64,000 bases of DNA from Callorhinchus milii (GCF_018977255.1 NW_024704742.1:46812001-46876000); one strand, 5' to 3'. Positions 49,036-62,756 are shown, numbered from the stretch's first letter. Made by a program: numbers and translations. Notes: generated by a model from the sequence alone, not told the origin.

Positions 49036-50764
49036 GATTACCTGGACGTTTTGAATAATGTTAGTTGCAAGCATGAATATCAATATGAATAATATGTTAG
49101 ATCTGTCCTTCGCATGAAACGTTAAACCGAGTTCTTGCCTGTATTTTCAGGCGATTAAACCTTGGGCATTGGATGCAGGATAAACATTATCTGCCAAGAA
49201 GTAATGAAGTGAAGGATATGATATCAGATTTGATATTATCACAACAACAAAAATTGTGCTTGAAATCAGTTCTTAAATACAGTATTGACTAGTTGGGGTG
49301 TGACCATCCCTCTTACTTTAGAATAATGATTTGACATGAAACTGGGTGAAGATTTTGACCGCCATTATTGTTTTGCTTGAGCACAATGATTTAGAAACTG
49401 GCCTGACACAAAAAGACAAAGGAGTTTCTCCCGGTGTCCTGGACTGCAATTATCCCAATGAAATTGCTGTGCACAAATTGTCTGCCATGTTCACCTAGAA
49501 ATTCCCAGTCACAGTACTTTGCAGTAAAATCCTGATTAGTGCCTTGATATGTTTCAACAATGTGATCAGACAAGAATTATTTACACTGCTCATAAATGCT
49601 TTCTCATAAATGCTGGATCTTCCTGCATACCTGGAATTTTCATATTGTGCAATCAATATAAAGCCAATAAGATGAATGCTTTGTTGCAAGTAAGGATTGA
49701 CACTTCAACCCATAGCAATATTTAAAAATGTATTTGAAAAAGAATACAAAGGTTAGGAAAAGTGCAAGAAATTAGGATTAGTAAAGTAGCTCCATTGGAG
49801 ATGCTAGCACCAGTTTATAAAACTGAATAGCCTCATATGCCGCATTTTACATGATTCAATTAATGATGGAAAGCATAGCTTAAACCAAAAAATTATATTT
49901 CAGTAAAGAAAGGAGCTCAAGCAATATTTATAAGTCTGAAGGTTTGATGCATTATTTACCCTACTTTTCTTTTTGGATGTCATATAAGGTTAAAATAATT
50001 TGTCAATTTGTAAACATACTGGAAGCTTCTGCCTATTGATAGATCGAATGAATCTGTTCCTTGAAAGATAAAGAGTTTACTTTATCCACCATCTGTGTGG
50101 AATGCTCTCCATTCATATTTGCATGGTACAATAAAATCCAAATTTATATTTATACAGCACCTTTGCATCTGAGGAATGGCTGAAGCTACTTAACAATGCT
50201 GGCTTGGCAGCTGAGCTGGGGTGTGAGCCAAAGGGTGGAGAGGGATAAATTACCAAAATTGGTGAGTGAGGCAGATCTTAAGACGGGCCTTGAACGAGGT
50301 GAGGGGAGGGAGCAAATCAGATGGCCTCTGAGATGTGATTTCATTTCACATGATCATTTTCTAGATGGTCTACAAACCGCTTTGTAATGAAGGAGCAAAA
50401 TTTTCTTCCTGAGTCCAACATGTTTTTAATATTTGGGGAGATATGAGATTGAGAATGAAACAGGAGGCAATATGAGCGTCTAAACAAAACAGAATTTCAA
50501 TTCACAAGAACTGAACAAGTCTGACGATAGTAGAATATTACTGTGCAGAGGTAAACTGCAGGATTTCTTAGATGGATTGCATTAAATACAGTAACAGCTG
50601 CAGTCAACAGAATTGGATCATGATGTAACTCTGACTGCGTAGGCTTTAAGGATCTGCTCTTTTTGTTTTGCTTCATATACACTTATATTTCCAGCTGAAT
50701 GTGCCTTTCTCTCCTTCATTTGAATATTTAATAAAAACAGTATGATCTTTAATCGCTGCCATCT

Positions 50765-51317
50765 ACAACAACAAAAAAATTAAATTTTTATAACGCCTTT
50801 CACATCAGGAGGACGTCCCAAGGCGCTGGACAATCAGTGTTTCGCACCCGAGCTGGGGGTCGGGATCAGGGAGGCGTGGAGGACAAGGGGGGAAGGAGGA
50901 TGATCGAATGTATGGTTGAAGAGGAGGGTCTTGAGACAGGTCTTGAAGGAGGCAAGGAAAGGGGCGAGGCGGAGGGACTGCGGGATGGAGTTCCAGAGGA
51001 TGGAGGCAGTGTGGCTGAAGGCCCGCCTGCCAATGGTGGGGGTGGTGAAGCAGGCCAGAACCTGCTGAGCAGAGGGAATGGGCAGTTTGGTAGGGGGTTA
51101 GGAGGTCGCAAAGGTAGGAGGAGAGCAAGACCATGGAGAGCTTTGAAGGTGAAGACCAGGATCTTGAACTGTATCCTCTGCGTGATGGGAAGCCAGTGGA
51201 GTCGGGCGAGGATGGGTGTGATAGGGTCATAGAGCCCAGTGCGGGAGATGACAGGAGCTGCAGAGTTCTGGAGGATCTGCAGCCTGTGGAGGGAGGAATT
51301 GGAGAGGCCGACAAGCA
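50765..51317 (-). mobile_element. L2 LINE 3' fragment
   Basis: Minus-strand ORF LQILQNSAA...LARLHWLPITQRIQFKIL; L2 tail. Confidence 0.95.
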
Positions 51318-51339
51318 ATCACAGTCAATCTATGTTTTC

Positions 51340-51645
51340 GGACTCATATTATTGACATTTCGTTAAACCAAGGTCCCATCTGCTTGTTGAGCTAGACATT
51401 AAAGAGCCCATGGTGCTTTTTGAAAAGAGAAGGGAGTTTCTCCCAGTGTACTGGACAATAAACCCTCAAATAAAAAAATGGTCATTCACTTCCTGACTAT
51501 TTGTGGGACATGGCACAATTATGGTATACTGTCACATTTGCCAACAAACTCACTGTCCCTCCATTTCACAATAAAGCCTGCAAAATACTTTGAGATGACC
51601 TTCTAATGTGCTAATGCGCTATATCAAATGCAAGGATGATTATTA
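51340..51645 (+). mobile_element. Deu SINE core and tail
   Basis: cgttaaaccaaggtcccatctgcttg...ttaaagagcccatgg...gcgctatatcaaatgcaagg. Confidence 0.8.
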
Positions 51646-51761
51646 GAGTGTATGTGTATGTCTATAGAAACATGCAGCTGCTTTTGTTTATATTACACAG
51701 AAAGAAGGTATATTTTTTCTTTCCAGAATCTCATTCGCATCTGACAATACAGTATACTCTA

Positions 51762-51880
51762 CTTTCGTCCACAAAATATACAGTTAATTCACTTTACAGT
51801 ATATTCTGTGAAGCGCTTTGAGATGTCTTGAAGATGTAATAAGGCCCTAAATATCAAATGCAAGGATTATTACTATCATT
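51762..51880 (+). mobile_element. 5'-truncated SINE tail
   Basis: aattcactttacagtatattctgtgaagcgctttgag...caaatgcaaggattatt. Confidence 0.85.
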
Positions 51881-52239
51881 ATTTGTTACTCATGCCTTTA
51901 TTAAAGTGAAGTTCCCTGCTTCCACATTTTTATTTGTAAGTTTATGAGTCCCATGAGGAACAAGATGTTCTTCATTACTCCCTTGTACAACAATTGAGCT
52001 GAATTATGATCACTCATCATTTTAATCATCACTTCAAGAAAGCTCTACTCTCACATGAACTTTTTTATATTGAGCAGTCTGCCCATATTAGAAACAGTAA
52101 ATTAATTACAACTTGCATTTATCTAGTGCTCTTCAGGTAGGGTAGCGTCTTGGAGTGCTTAATAAACCCCATCTATACATATGAAAGTCATGTGAGAAAT
52201 AAAGAAGTGTAATTTTAATTTATAATAATTATAAAAAGT

Positions 52240-52560
52240 ATCCCAGTTGGTATAGCGCCTATGTCAAATCAGCAAATACCACAAACAACCAGTTAATGAA
52301 TGACCAATATTTTGGAGGATTGTTGGCCATGACACTGGAAGAAATTCCTTCTCTTTTTGAATAAGTCATGGGATCTTTAACATTTGCATGAAGAGGCAAA
52401 CAGGATCTTGGTTTAACATCTCATCTAAATGACTGTACCTCTGACAATGCACCACTCCCCCAGTACAGCAATGAACTTTTTTGCATTATCAAGATCGAAG
52501 TTTGGACTGGAATCAATGACTTTATCTAGAGACGCAAGTGCAACCTATTGAGCTAAGTGG
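52240..52560 (-). mobile_element. Degenerate Deu SINE
   Basis: catgggatctttaacatt...ggtttaacatctcatc...cctctgacaatgc. Confidence 0.7.
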
Positions 52561-53179
52561 TGAGCTAACTGAGATCAGATAACAGGTACCATTATGGGTA
52601 TTTGTTTTGAACTGATATCCTTTGCCGGTTGCAATGCATTCAATATAACACTTTAATCTGACCTTTTCTCATTGATTTCAAGTGGAAATCACCATTCCCC
52701 GTTGCTCACGCTTTACTGAAATTGTGTTCTGCTCAATGTCAACACAGTATGGTAACATAATTTTTATTTGTTTCTTTGCTCTTGAACTCATACATTTAAT
52801 GGTGTTGGGACGTGTTGATTTCCTGAAGAAATCGTCTCATCAGGAAGTACTTAAAGAAATTGTTAACACTAGTCTGGTAAGATGACTGAAGATATTGGAT
52901 GGCTTGATTATTCCCAGGTGGAAAGAAAACCTGTTCATATCTACTTTTGTGTTGTAAAATGCTAACCTTTTAACCAGAGGATTGGGCAAACATCCATTTG
53001 GGGAGTTATCATTAGACCTCACTCACAGTATGTGATAGCATTTTGCAATCAGACATACCATATTTTTGGGTCTTTTGGGCCATCGAGTCTCAGTTGGTGC
53101 TAACTCATCCATTGGAGCTACCGGTTTAATTCTGTGCTTTTTCTTCACTCCCTTTTATATTCTTCCTCTTCAAATATTA

Positions 53180-53290
53180 CAATAATAATCCTTGCATTTT
53201 GATATAGCACCTGATCATGTCTTTGAGAAGTCTCAAAGCGTTTCACAGAATATACTGTAAAGTGAATTGACTGTATATTTTATGGGTGAC
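53180..53290 (-). mobile_element. 5'-truncated SINE tail
   Basis: aataataatccttgcatt...cacagaatatactgtaaagtgaattgactg. Confidence 0.85.
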
Positions 53291-56200
53291 ATATTGCTAA
53301 TATTTAGACAGTGTTGTGTTTTCTAATACTGTAGTGTAGCTATGAAGTGAGGGAAGATCTTGGTACTCAGCAGATGCACATAGCATTGGTTGCTCATCTC
53401 CTACAGACTGTTCAGATGGCCATTAAAGATCATGGCACTATTCAGAAAGAGGAGTATAAGGTTGCATGTTGTGTTAAAGTTCTTTTAAGCTCAGTGGTCT
53501 TAAAATATTCCATGTGTCCTAGAGTTTTTTTATTTTTGTGTCGCTGTACCTCATTCCGGAAATCTTGTTTGTAGCCTATTACTTGTTGAATAAATGAGAA
53601 TCATTTAAGCTAAATAAAGTGTTGTGGGTGGTTCTTGAGATGGCTCTGACTTGGCTAATATCCTCAACAAAAAAAAGGAGGTGCTGGATCGTGACTTTCA
53701 CAGTGTAATTCACACAATAATAAAGACATAAGAGCACTGTGACACTGGCTTCCTGGTTTGTGCTGAATTAGCTGATCTATTTGGGATGCTGCAATTGACC
53801 TTCATACCCCCAGGCTGGGAGGAGAAAAATTGTCCAGCATTTCCATTCCTGATCATCAGCCATCTACCTCATGCTGGAAAATGTGTGGTGTTGACTGTGA
53901 GGTGAGAATGGAAATGTTTTTGAATGTGATGCCTTCTTCCGGTTGAATAGCCTGCTACCACTCCTGCCAGGGTTCACAGATGAAGGACAATCACGAGAAG
54001 CATTAGACAGATGTCAGTACTCATAGAACTGCTGAGCTGCCGTTTTTTAGGGGAGGCAAGAATTTTTTTTTAAAAAAAGAAACAATCGTTTAAATTGAAA
54101 ATATCTGGTTGCAAAACTCCAAGAGGTTGGAATAACTGACTGAATACAAGCTATTACATGAGCTTCCTATGAAACCCTCCTTGGTTGAATTTACTATGAG
54201 TTATTGGGATTTTAACAGGTTGTTTTGCTCAGCTCCCCTGTGATTTTCAATCAGGAACATTGACTTTGCACTGAAATGTCACGGGTTTCGGAGGTGCAGA
54301 TGGCACGACTGAAGGAATCCCACGGCGATATGGCTCTGAGACTGCAGACGGTCAAATCAAACAGCGATTCTCAAACACTTTGGGGACTGGAGAATTTAGA
54401 GAGAGTGACCTTTTAATGGAAATGACTTGATAATGTTATTTGTGAATAAGACCGAGAATATTGAAACCTACAGGCAGTCAAAAAGGCAGAGAGAACAGCA
54501 GATGTTTGTTGTGAAATAACTGACAGTGCAGAGCAGGAGGTAAGAGTGTTTGAGTCTCCTTCGCTCCTAAAGGGAATTATTTGTGGTCGCTTCTTGCTAA
54601 TAAAGGCACAGAAAAGGTCAGCAACACAATTGCATTCACTGTGAGCACTGACCCTTGATGTGCCAATGTGGAGAGAAAGAGAGTTTAGTAAAATGAAATG
54701 TTAGTGTTCAAGGAAGAACTGAAGGGATAAGAAGATGAACTATCAGAACGCTGAAAGCCTCCTTTTTAAGATTCTGAAAAAAGAGATCATTTTCCCTCAC
54801 ACAAATATTGTTTTCAAGATGATTTATGCACTTCACTTTGGTAAATTGCTGTAATATTGAATACTGTGTCATGATTTTTTGCATAAATGCAAAATGGGTT
54901 CCTGCAATGTAATTACAAAAAAACCTGCTGACAACCACAATTTTTTTAAAAAAGGAAACTCATTTTGATTGAAGCTTTCCAAGGCAAAATACGTGCATTC
55001 ACCCACAAAATACGCGTAGTATATCCTTTTGGGTGCTTCGAGAAGTCACAACAATGTGATTAGGTGCTATATCAAGTGCAAGGATTATTATTATTCAATG
55101 CAGGAGGTCTACATCAACAAAGAGTGTACGATGCATATAAGTGTGAAAATTGTGAATGATGATTTCTTATTTCTCACCAGTGTCAATTCATCATCACATT
55201 GTTGATAAATGTGATTGAGATATTTGAAAATCAAAGACTGGTGGTGGATGTGACCTCCTCCCCGTCTGTGTCAAAATGGTTTGACGATGGCTTCTCTTTG
55301 CAAAGAGCGCACCATTGGAGTTACAGTTCACAAGATTTGTCAGTCTTCTCAGAAAAGAAGACCATTCTTTTCATGAGTCTTTTCATGAGTTCCATTCGCC
55401 TTAATGGATTTAAACCTCATGTACCAGAGAACAGAGGTATAATCCTCTATGCAATTGAGTCCACAAACATTGTAAAGTTAGTGGATAATTCAAAATAGAT
55501 GTTCTGATTTGCTCTATTTTAAAAACATGCACAACTACAAAATAAGTACTGTAATTTGAGTGGCAAGCTATTTCTGACTCTGTAGGCCAAAGTTGTGTTT
55601 ACTTATAATGCAAGTAAAGACAAATGTTATTTGATTAATAATTCAATATCTAAATTTTGCCTCTTTAAATCCCTCCTAACTGTAACATCGCTAAGGAAAA
55701 TAAAACTTCAGATTTATCACACTGTAAGTACATTTTTTGTACTTCTCTGTAAGCTAAATGGAATATAGTGAGTTACTGTATATTGCTAGCTGTAGCACTT
55801 TGTCTCCCTGATGACCAAACAGTATACTAACCTTGTTAACGTCACAGAAACACATCACCCCAGCTAATGATAATGTTTCTGACTGTGGCCACACATATCT
55901 CAGCTTCCTGCAATCCACATTCAAAGCCAGATGAACAAACATTTAGGCCTCAACAATACAATTTCAGCCCACAGTGACATATGCTTCCAGTAAATGTAAA
56001 GATTCACATTATAACCTCTGGCAATGGACACTCACCAATACCTTGATGCCAGTCATAGGGATGTGTTTTTTACTCCATGCCAGTGGTTGTTGGAACCAAA
56101 GCTGTACCTTAGTTTTAGTTCTGGTAAGTTAAGGAATGCTGCTTGAGCCTTAAGATACAGTTGAATGTTTGTTTAGTCCACAGTGCTTTTGATCTGGTAT

Positions 56201-56398
56201 TATAATATCCAGCAACAAGAGTAGTGAGCTGAAGATGTGATGAAAGTACAACATGAACTAAAATAGTGAGCTATTAGAGAGTAGCAAATTAACTTTGTAA
56301 GTATTAAAGCCTGTAGGTAGCTGGACACATCAGAGGTTGATGCACTTGAACTCTCCGCTGATGTCGAAACAATTTCTGTATGGGAAGACAAAGGAGGC

Positions 56399-57458
56399 TA
56401 CAACAACAACAACTTGCATTTGTTGTTGTTGGCACGAGTGAAGAGGAAGGTCTTCAGGTGTGATCTTAAACTGGGGAAGGAGGAGGCAAGGTGGAGGGAT
56501 TGAGAGAGAGAGTTCCAAAGTTTTGGGCAGTAGTGGCTAAAAACACGGCCGCTGATTCTGGAGTGGAGGGGACAAGGGTCAAACAGGAGGCCGAATCCAG
56601 CTGAGAGGATGCGGTGGGTAGAGAAGTGGGGAGTAAGCAGGTCAAGATAGGTAGGGAGGTGTCAGGGTATGAACGGATTTGTAGATGCGTGTGAGGATCT
56701 TGATAGGGACCGACCCAGTGGAGCCTGGCAAGGACTGGTGTGAAGTGGGTACCAAGTCTAGTGTGGGTGAGTATATGCGTGGTGCAGTTTTGAATTCATT
56801 GAATATTTTGGATAGTGGTGCTGGGGAGACCGAAAAGGAGGGAATTGGAATAATCGAAGCACAAGGAGATGAAAATGTGGACGAAGGTTTCAGCTGTTTT
56901 AGGTGTGATGTATGGTGAGATGTAGGCAATGTGGTGGAAGTGGTCCTGATCAGGGACCAGATGTGCAATAGGAAAGATAGCTGGGGATCAAACCTAAGTG
57001 CTATCTCTGGGCTTTGGACAGGGCAGAAACCAGACTAGACGGACTCAAGTAGGGAGAGGAGGGAAAGGTGTGAGCGAAGTTGATTCACAACCACGCATTC
57101 CAGAACTTTAGCAAGGAAAGGCAAGATAGAAATATGCTGGTAGTTTGTAAGGTTAGAGGGAAAAGGGTGTTTTTTTTTAGGAGGGCAGTGATGACAGAGT
57201 TTTGAGGGGGAATAGGACAGAGCTTGAGGAGAGGGACTGGTTGTTTGTGTTAACCAGCAGGAGTGATCAACACCTGGGTGGGGAGGGGATTGAGGCAGAA
57301 GTTGGTGGGTTTCACATGGGTGGTGATGGTTGAGAGGGAGCAGGGAGGCAGAAATGGGGCAAAGGATTGTAGGTTGGTCCAGTGGTAGGAAAGAGTGGGA
57401 ATGGAGAAGGCATGGGGGGTTGTTCAGGGAGATGGGGGAGGTAGAGGAGGCAGAGATG
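56399..57458 (-). mobile_element. Old L2 LINE, internally deleted ORF2 remnant
   Basis: The minus strand near 57100-57160 reads NYQHISILPFLAKVLE (L2 RT NYRPISxLPFxSKxLE); the C-terminal region lies at 56640-56970; (caa)n tail. Confidence 0.8.
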
Positions 57459-57907
57459 ACTATTTAAAGGAGTGTGCCTTTCTCTCATTGGATCATTGTA
57501 TAAGGTTATCTTATTCACCGAACAAAAAACGGAACTTAGACATATGGGAGTAAAGTAAGAGCCAGGCAGCTGCTCAAACTCCACCAGTATCCACTATATA
57601 TGTAAGACTGTGAGGTTTTATGCAGCAGGTTTTATCCTGCAACGTCTCTCACTACTGGCTGTATAATACAATAATCCATGTAGCAATGTGGAACAGGAAG
57701 CCAAATTTATACACTCCATTCTCCAGCACTTTGAATCAAGGTGCACATTCACTGAACAGAGAATGTGTTTTTCAATGTTATTAAAAAGTTGATAAAGTAA
57801 GTGAGCTTTTCATACCGTTAGAAAAGCGCCTTGGCACTTATCAAGAGCTTCAAACAAAGCGTGGAGGAATGCTCCAGTACAATTTACAACCACTGCATTG
57901 ATATACA

Positions 57908-58197
57908 TAAACTTGTATTTTATAGTGCCTCAAATGTTGAAATGTCTGAAAGACCATCACAGTTACTGCTGCCACATAAAGTGATTGTTGTTTTGTAGGC
58001 AAATGTGGCAGCTACTTTATGCAGAGCGCAATCTCACAAATAGCCTTGAGATGAATGACCAATTAATCTGGAGGATTTCAACAACATCATGGGATCTTTA
58101 ATACCTACCTGAAAAACAAGGCCTTAGTACAACAGCTCATCTGAAGGCCGGCACCTCAGGCAAACTAGCGTTCCCACAGCACTGCATTACAGTGTCA
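57908..58197 (-). mobile_element. Degenerate Deu SINE
   Basis: gtaggcaaatgtggcagc...catgggatctttaatacctacctga...ctcatctgaaggccggcacctc. Confidence 0.75.
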
Positions 58198-58257
58198 ATA
58201 CAATACAGTGTATTCATGTTTCAATGATATTCCATAATATCATAGTGTGTCAAAACA

Positions 58258-58490
58258 TAGTTAGAGCACTCGCCTCGCAAGCAAGAAGACCTGGATTTGA
58301 TTCCTAGGCAGGGCGAAACGTTAGGCAAGTTTCCTTATTCCACACACCTCTGTTTACCTAGCAGTAAGTAGGAACCCGGTTGTTAGTTGATTGGTGGATC
58401 GCTTTCTGGGGGTAATAATCACCCGAAAAAAAAAATATTAAAAATTTGGTCATTCAATCCACCACTCTTTGTGGGATACTGATGTGTGCA
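58258..58490 (+). mobile_element. CmiSINE-like long variant lacking its tail
   Basis: gttagagcactcgcctcgcaagc head; CORE-like ggcaagtttccttattccacacacctctgtttacctagcagtaa. Confidence 0.9.
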
Positions 58491-58884
58491 GGGAGGTTGC
58501 ACTCCAATTCTTGCTGCCTGCTTATACTGCACATTGAGTGGAACCAGCACCTTCAGGAGATGAGGGGGAAAAAAATGGATGAAAAAAAAGTATAAATTTT
58601 AGGCTTTGACTTGGTATTATTGACGTTATTAGCCCTTCTATAACCCAAAGTAACAAACCCACTCTATTTGTGGATTGCCCCAAAGGCAACAAGAAGATTT
58701 GAATACTTAGCTGAACAAGAAAATGCTAAAGAGTGTGCAATAGAAATATTTGATGGTATTAGCAAGCATGTTTGCAATTGTACAATATCCATGCTTACTT
58801 CTCAGTAATATATAGCCCAGAGCAGCTCGGAATCAGTGGGCCTTAACTCTGATTTCATTATATGGGATAACTTGTAAAATCATC

Positions 58885-59263
58885 CATAAAACCATAAAAC
58901 ATAGAGCAGGAGTAGGCCATTCAGCCCCTCGAGCCTGCCCCGCCATTTAATAAGATCATAGCTGATCTTCTAACCTAACTCCATCTGCCCACCCTATCCC
59001 CAATTCCCTTAATCCCTTTATCCTTTAGAAATCTATCAACCTCAGTCTTGAATATGTTCAAGGGCTGAGCATCCACAGCCTTCTGGTTTAGAGAATTCCA
59101 CAAATTGAAAAAATGTTTCCAACATAGCATTAGCCTTCCTTGTTGCTTGCTGTACCTCATACTAACTTTTTGTTACTAGTGTACAAGGACACCCAAATCC
59201 CTCTGAACACTAACACTACCAAGCCTCTCCCCCTCTGGAAAATAATCCTCTTTTCTATTTTTA
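58885..59263 (-). mobile_element. CR1 3' fragment with an internal deletion
   Basis: Minus strand reads NLWNSLNQKAVDAQPLNIFKTEVDRFL; CR1 3' UTR present; junction near 59110-59120 to an upstream RT segment. Confidence 0.92.
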
Positions 59264-59625
59264 GCTTTGGGCAGAGCTTTTCTTTACTTTCAAATGTGAG
59301 TAGTGATTCGTGCTTACAGCAATGTCATTGTAGCTTCCTAGTGGTCTCTGATCAGCAAATATGTTATTCAAGGCTGAAGCTATCTTATTTGGTTCTTATT
59401 AGCATTTCCATGCATCCATTTGTGATTGCATCAACTCACCTTGAACCAGTTGTTATGCAGCCTTGACACTCTCCTTAATGTTCAATTGAGTTCCAATTCC
59501 TACATCTCTCCATAACCAAGATTGCCTTCTTCCATATTTATTTGCTTATGCCGTCAATGCACCCACATTATTGCTGACTGTCGTAGTCATTTTCTTTTGT
59601 ATACGCAAGATACCCATTGTCACAT

Positions 59626-59770
59626 TGACACTGCTGTGCACATTGGCTGCTGCATTTCTCCCACAAAATGTGCAGTCAATTTACTTTACAGTAAATGCTG
59701 TGAAGCGCTTTGAGATGTCTCGAAGACGTGATAAGGTGCTATATCAAATGCAAGGATTATTATTATTATT
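59626..59770 (+). mobile_element. SINE 3' part
   Basis: gacactgctgtgcacattggctgc...gaagcgctttgagatgtctcgaagacgtgataagg...(att)n. Confidence 0.88.
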
Positions 59771-60349
59771 ACTTGGTTGAGTAACTGGAACTGCATCCAA
59801 GTAGAAGGAACATGTCAATAACCTACAGGAGAGAAGACAGCAAAGAAAGATGTAGCAAGGTACTTTTTATAAGTGCTCTTTAAAATCAAAAGTGCACTGT
59901 TTCTTCCATTGCCTTCTCACTGTTTTTCTCTCTTCAATGCTTTGCATTACGTGTAAACCTCTGTGGCAAACACTCCATTCCTGCATGAAAGTGGCTCTTA
60001 AATAAAGCTTGAGTGATCAGAGACCACTTTCATGAACAGTTAGCAAGCAGAAATTATCCTCCCCAAAATTAACTCTTTCTATGTACCAAAACATGATAGT
60101 ACTCCCCCAAAGAATTTCTCATTAAAGCCAGAACTTTGCTTTGATTTTTAAAGATTATATATGGATATTTAGATTCTATATTATATATTTCCCATACTAT
60201 AACTCAGATGTTCAGATCAAAAGACAAGCTCACTTCAGACCCACAAGATGCCATTTGGTAGATTAATCGAAAATATACGGCCAAATCTAAACCAAATCTA
60301 CAGATCTTCAATGTTAAATTAAGCAGTAAACATCTGGAAATATCAAACA

Positions 60350-60857
60350 TGTTCCTTCAGATGAGAAGTTAAACTGAGATCCCATCTGTCTGTTCAAGGT
60401 GGATATTAAAAGATCCCATGCCACTGTTTGAAAAGAGGAGTTTCTTCCTATATCTGGGCCAACAATCCCTCAAAATAAGTATATACTTGGTCATTTACTT
60501 TGTGGTTGTTTGTGAGACAAATGCAAGGATTATTATTATTATAATTTACATTTTGATTTATCTCAGTTTTCTAACACTGTTTTGATCTTAACAAATGAAC
60601 AGAATCATCTGATTGATAGATCATAGTAATCGTGACTTATCTTAATAACTATTTGAACCATTCCCCTCAGTGTATACTAGGCTCCTGCTCACACGAAACC
60701 CAGTAAAATTGACATTCACTTCACAGCTGTTTGGCAGATATTGCTGTGCACAAATTGACAGCCTCAATCACCTACAGTTACTACCATTTACAGTATGTCC
60801 TGCAAAGTGCTTTGAGATGTCCTCTTGATGGGAAAGGATTTATATCAAATGCAAAGG
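60350..60857 (+). mobile_element. Two Deu SINE fragments (60350-60543 and 60705-60857)
   Basis: ccttcagatgagaagttaaactgagatccc core; ttgctgtgcacaaattgacagcc 3' part. Confidence 0.75.
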
Positions 60858-60945
60858 TACACTTCCATTTCACCACTAAACCCAAAAATTACAGCAGCAA
60901 ATATCTTAAATAGTCACAAGGATAATTATAGTGTTGTAAGGAAAG

Positions 60946-61276
60946 AATAATAATAATAATAATAATAATCCTTGCATTTGATATAGCGCTTTTCACGTCG
61001 GGAGGACGTCCCAAAGCGCTTCACAGAATATACTGTAAAGTGAACTGACTGTATATTTGTGGGCGAACGTGGCAGCCAATTGCGCACAGCAACGTCCCAC
61101 AAACAGTCGTAGATTGAACATGACCAATTTATTATTATTGTTTTTGGTTTTTTGGAGGGATTATTATCAGGCGTGTGGAGTAAGGAAACTTGCCCAAGGT
61201 TTCGCCCTGCCTGGAATTGAACTCAGGTCTCTCACTTGCAGAGCGAGTGCTCTAACCACTGAGCTACAGGACTCCA
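60946..61276 (-). mobile_element. CmiSINE-like short variant, young, full length
   Basis: Intact head tggagtcctgtagctcagtggttagagc, B box gagttcaattc and long (att)n tail. Confidence 0.95.
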
Positions 61277-62396
61277 CTATTAATACCAACCATGTGAAAG
61301 TACGTCAAATAAGATACTAAAAGTACATCTGATGGTTACGCATCACTTGTTATCATCCGAGGAACAGAGCTAGAACAAGAATGTGAGTTACCCCTCCTCT
61401 TCTGAAGGTCAGAAGCATTCTTGTGGTGTGGACACTGCTAACACATGCGCAAATGTGATTCAGATTTGGGGTATAATTGAAGGTATTTAACTAGTGTCGG
61501 TGAAATGTAGATCTGACAACCCCCAGCTGCCTGCTGAGCTCCCAGGGATAGGTAATACTGATCAATACTTACATTTTCTGATAACCTGCTTGCTCCCATT
61601 ATCACATATCGAAGTAATTGGTCTTTTTGCTGTTGGTGTAATTATTGACCTTGGAACTGTAATAAAGGAAACAATTATTTAACATCTAAATTGTCCACAC
61701 ATTACTTCATCCAGTAATCAAAGTAACGTTTCCTTGCAGTGTCGAATGAACAATCAAACCTGGTTTTCCAGCAGTACAAATGACATATGTTCAATTTGCT
61801 CTCATGCGCTTTGCATAAACGCTCAAATGTGTGCAACAGCGAGCAGCTTGGCAGGTAGTTTAATGGGAAGAGGCTTTAACACAAATTTTAGTCATTGCTT
61901 CACTTAGGAATGGGAAACAACACTTCTGTAGAGTGGCAGAAATCTACTTTGCTTCATACAAATCGCATTAGCACAGCAGAGAGAACATTTCATTGACTCG
62001 ACTCCACAACCACTTCTGCAAGTCTTGCTGAGAAATCTCATGAAAGCTCATGATTCCAGGAGCAATTGCGAAAAATAGAGTGGCAAGTTACTGTGCTTTG
62101 ATATTTAATTAGCAGTATTTCACTCGTTAGTTAATAAAGAAAAAGAAACAATTTTCTTTAAATTTAAACCAAAGGAAAAAAATCAAATGCTGAAGCATTA
62201 TCACATTTTGAGAAGTTGACCTATTTTTCTCTTCCACCTGCTGTGTATTTCCCGAGTTTCTGCTTATATTGCTATTACAAAGCCTGAAACTGCAAATGTC
62301 TTTGTAGCCCAAGGAGCGATGAAGTCTCTCAAGTCTCCCACTAAGGGATTTTAATGTATCAGATAGATATAATGAATAGGGATCTAAAGTTTAACA

Positions 62397-62503
62397 TTTT
62401 TTTCGGTCAGCCGGGTGTCTGACACATGCAGAAACCCATCACCATACTTAACAGTACCCAAAACAAACTGAGAATTCCATGCATCTCATCTACATATGGA
62501 AAT
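62397..62503 (+). repeat. Unclassified dispersed repeat, copy 3 of 3
   Basis: gggtgtctgacacatgcagaaacccatcaccatacttaacagta. Confidence 0.75.
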
Positions 62504-62756
62504 TCTTGTGTTTGGAATGGCACTGACTTGGAGAGGCAGATCAATCACTGAAGATTCTTCCTTCTCAGCTCATATTAACCTTGCAAGCTAAAGCTCAAAG
62601 GATCCTCGCTGGACAAGTAGTAGGAAACTTGCTAGAAGTATCCCAACATACTCTCACACCAACCTCCTCCTAATACTTTCCAGAATTAGGTGGGATCCTC
62701 CAGAGATTGAGTGTACATTCCAATGCAAGCACAGAGAAATTCCCATATGTAAAGGA

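Noticed and set aside
53740..54030. Segment that resembles from memory an ancient chondrichthyan interspersed repeat
   Set aside because: Single copy in this window and too degenerate to support or name without a database search.
54474..54539. Possible 66-bp exon (cag|gcagtc...gag|gtaaga; AVKKAERTADVCCEITDSAEQE)
   Set aside because: Good donor site but no polypyrimidine tract and an unrecognised peptide. It needs RNA evidence.
55199..55498. 99-aa ORF in unique sequence
   Set aside because: Non-ATG start, no recognisable similarity, and it contains a 12-bp tandem duplication.
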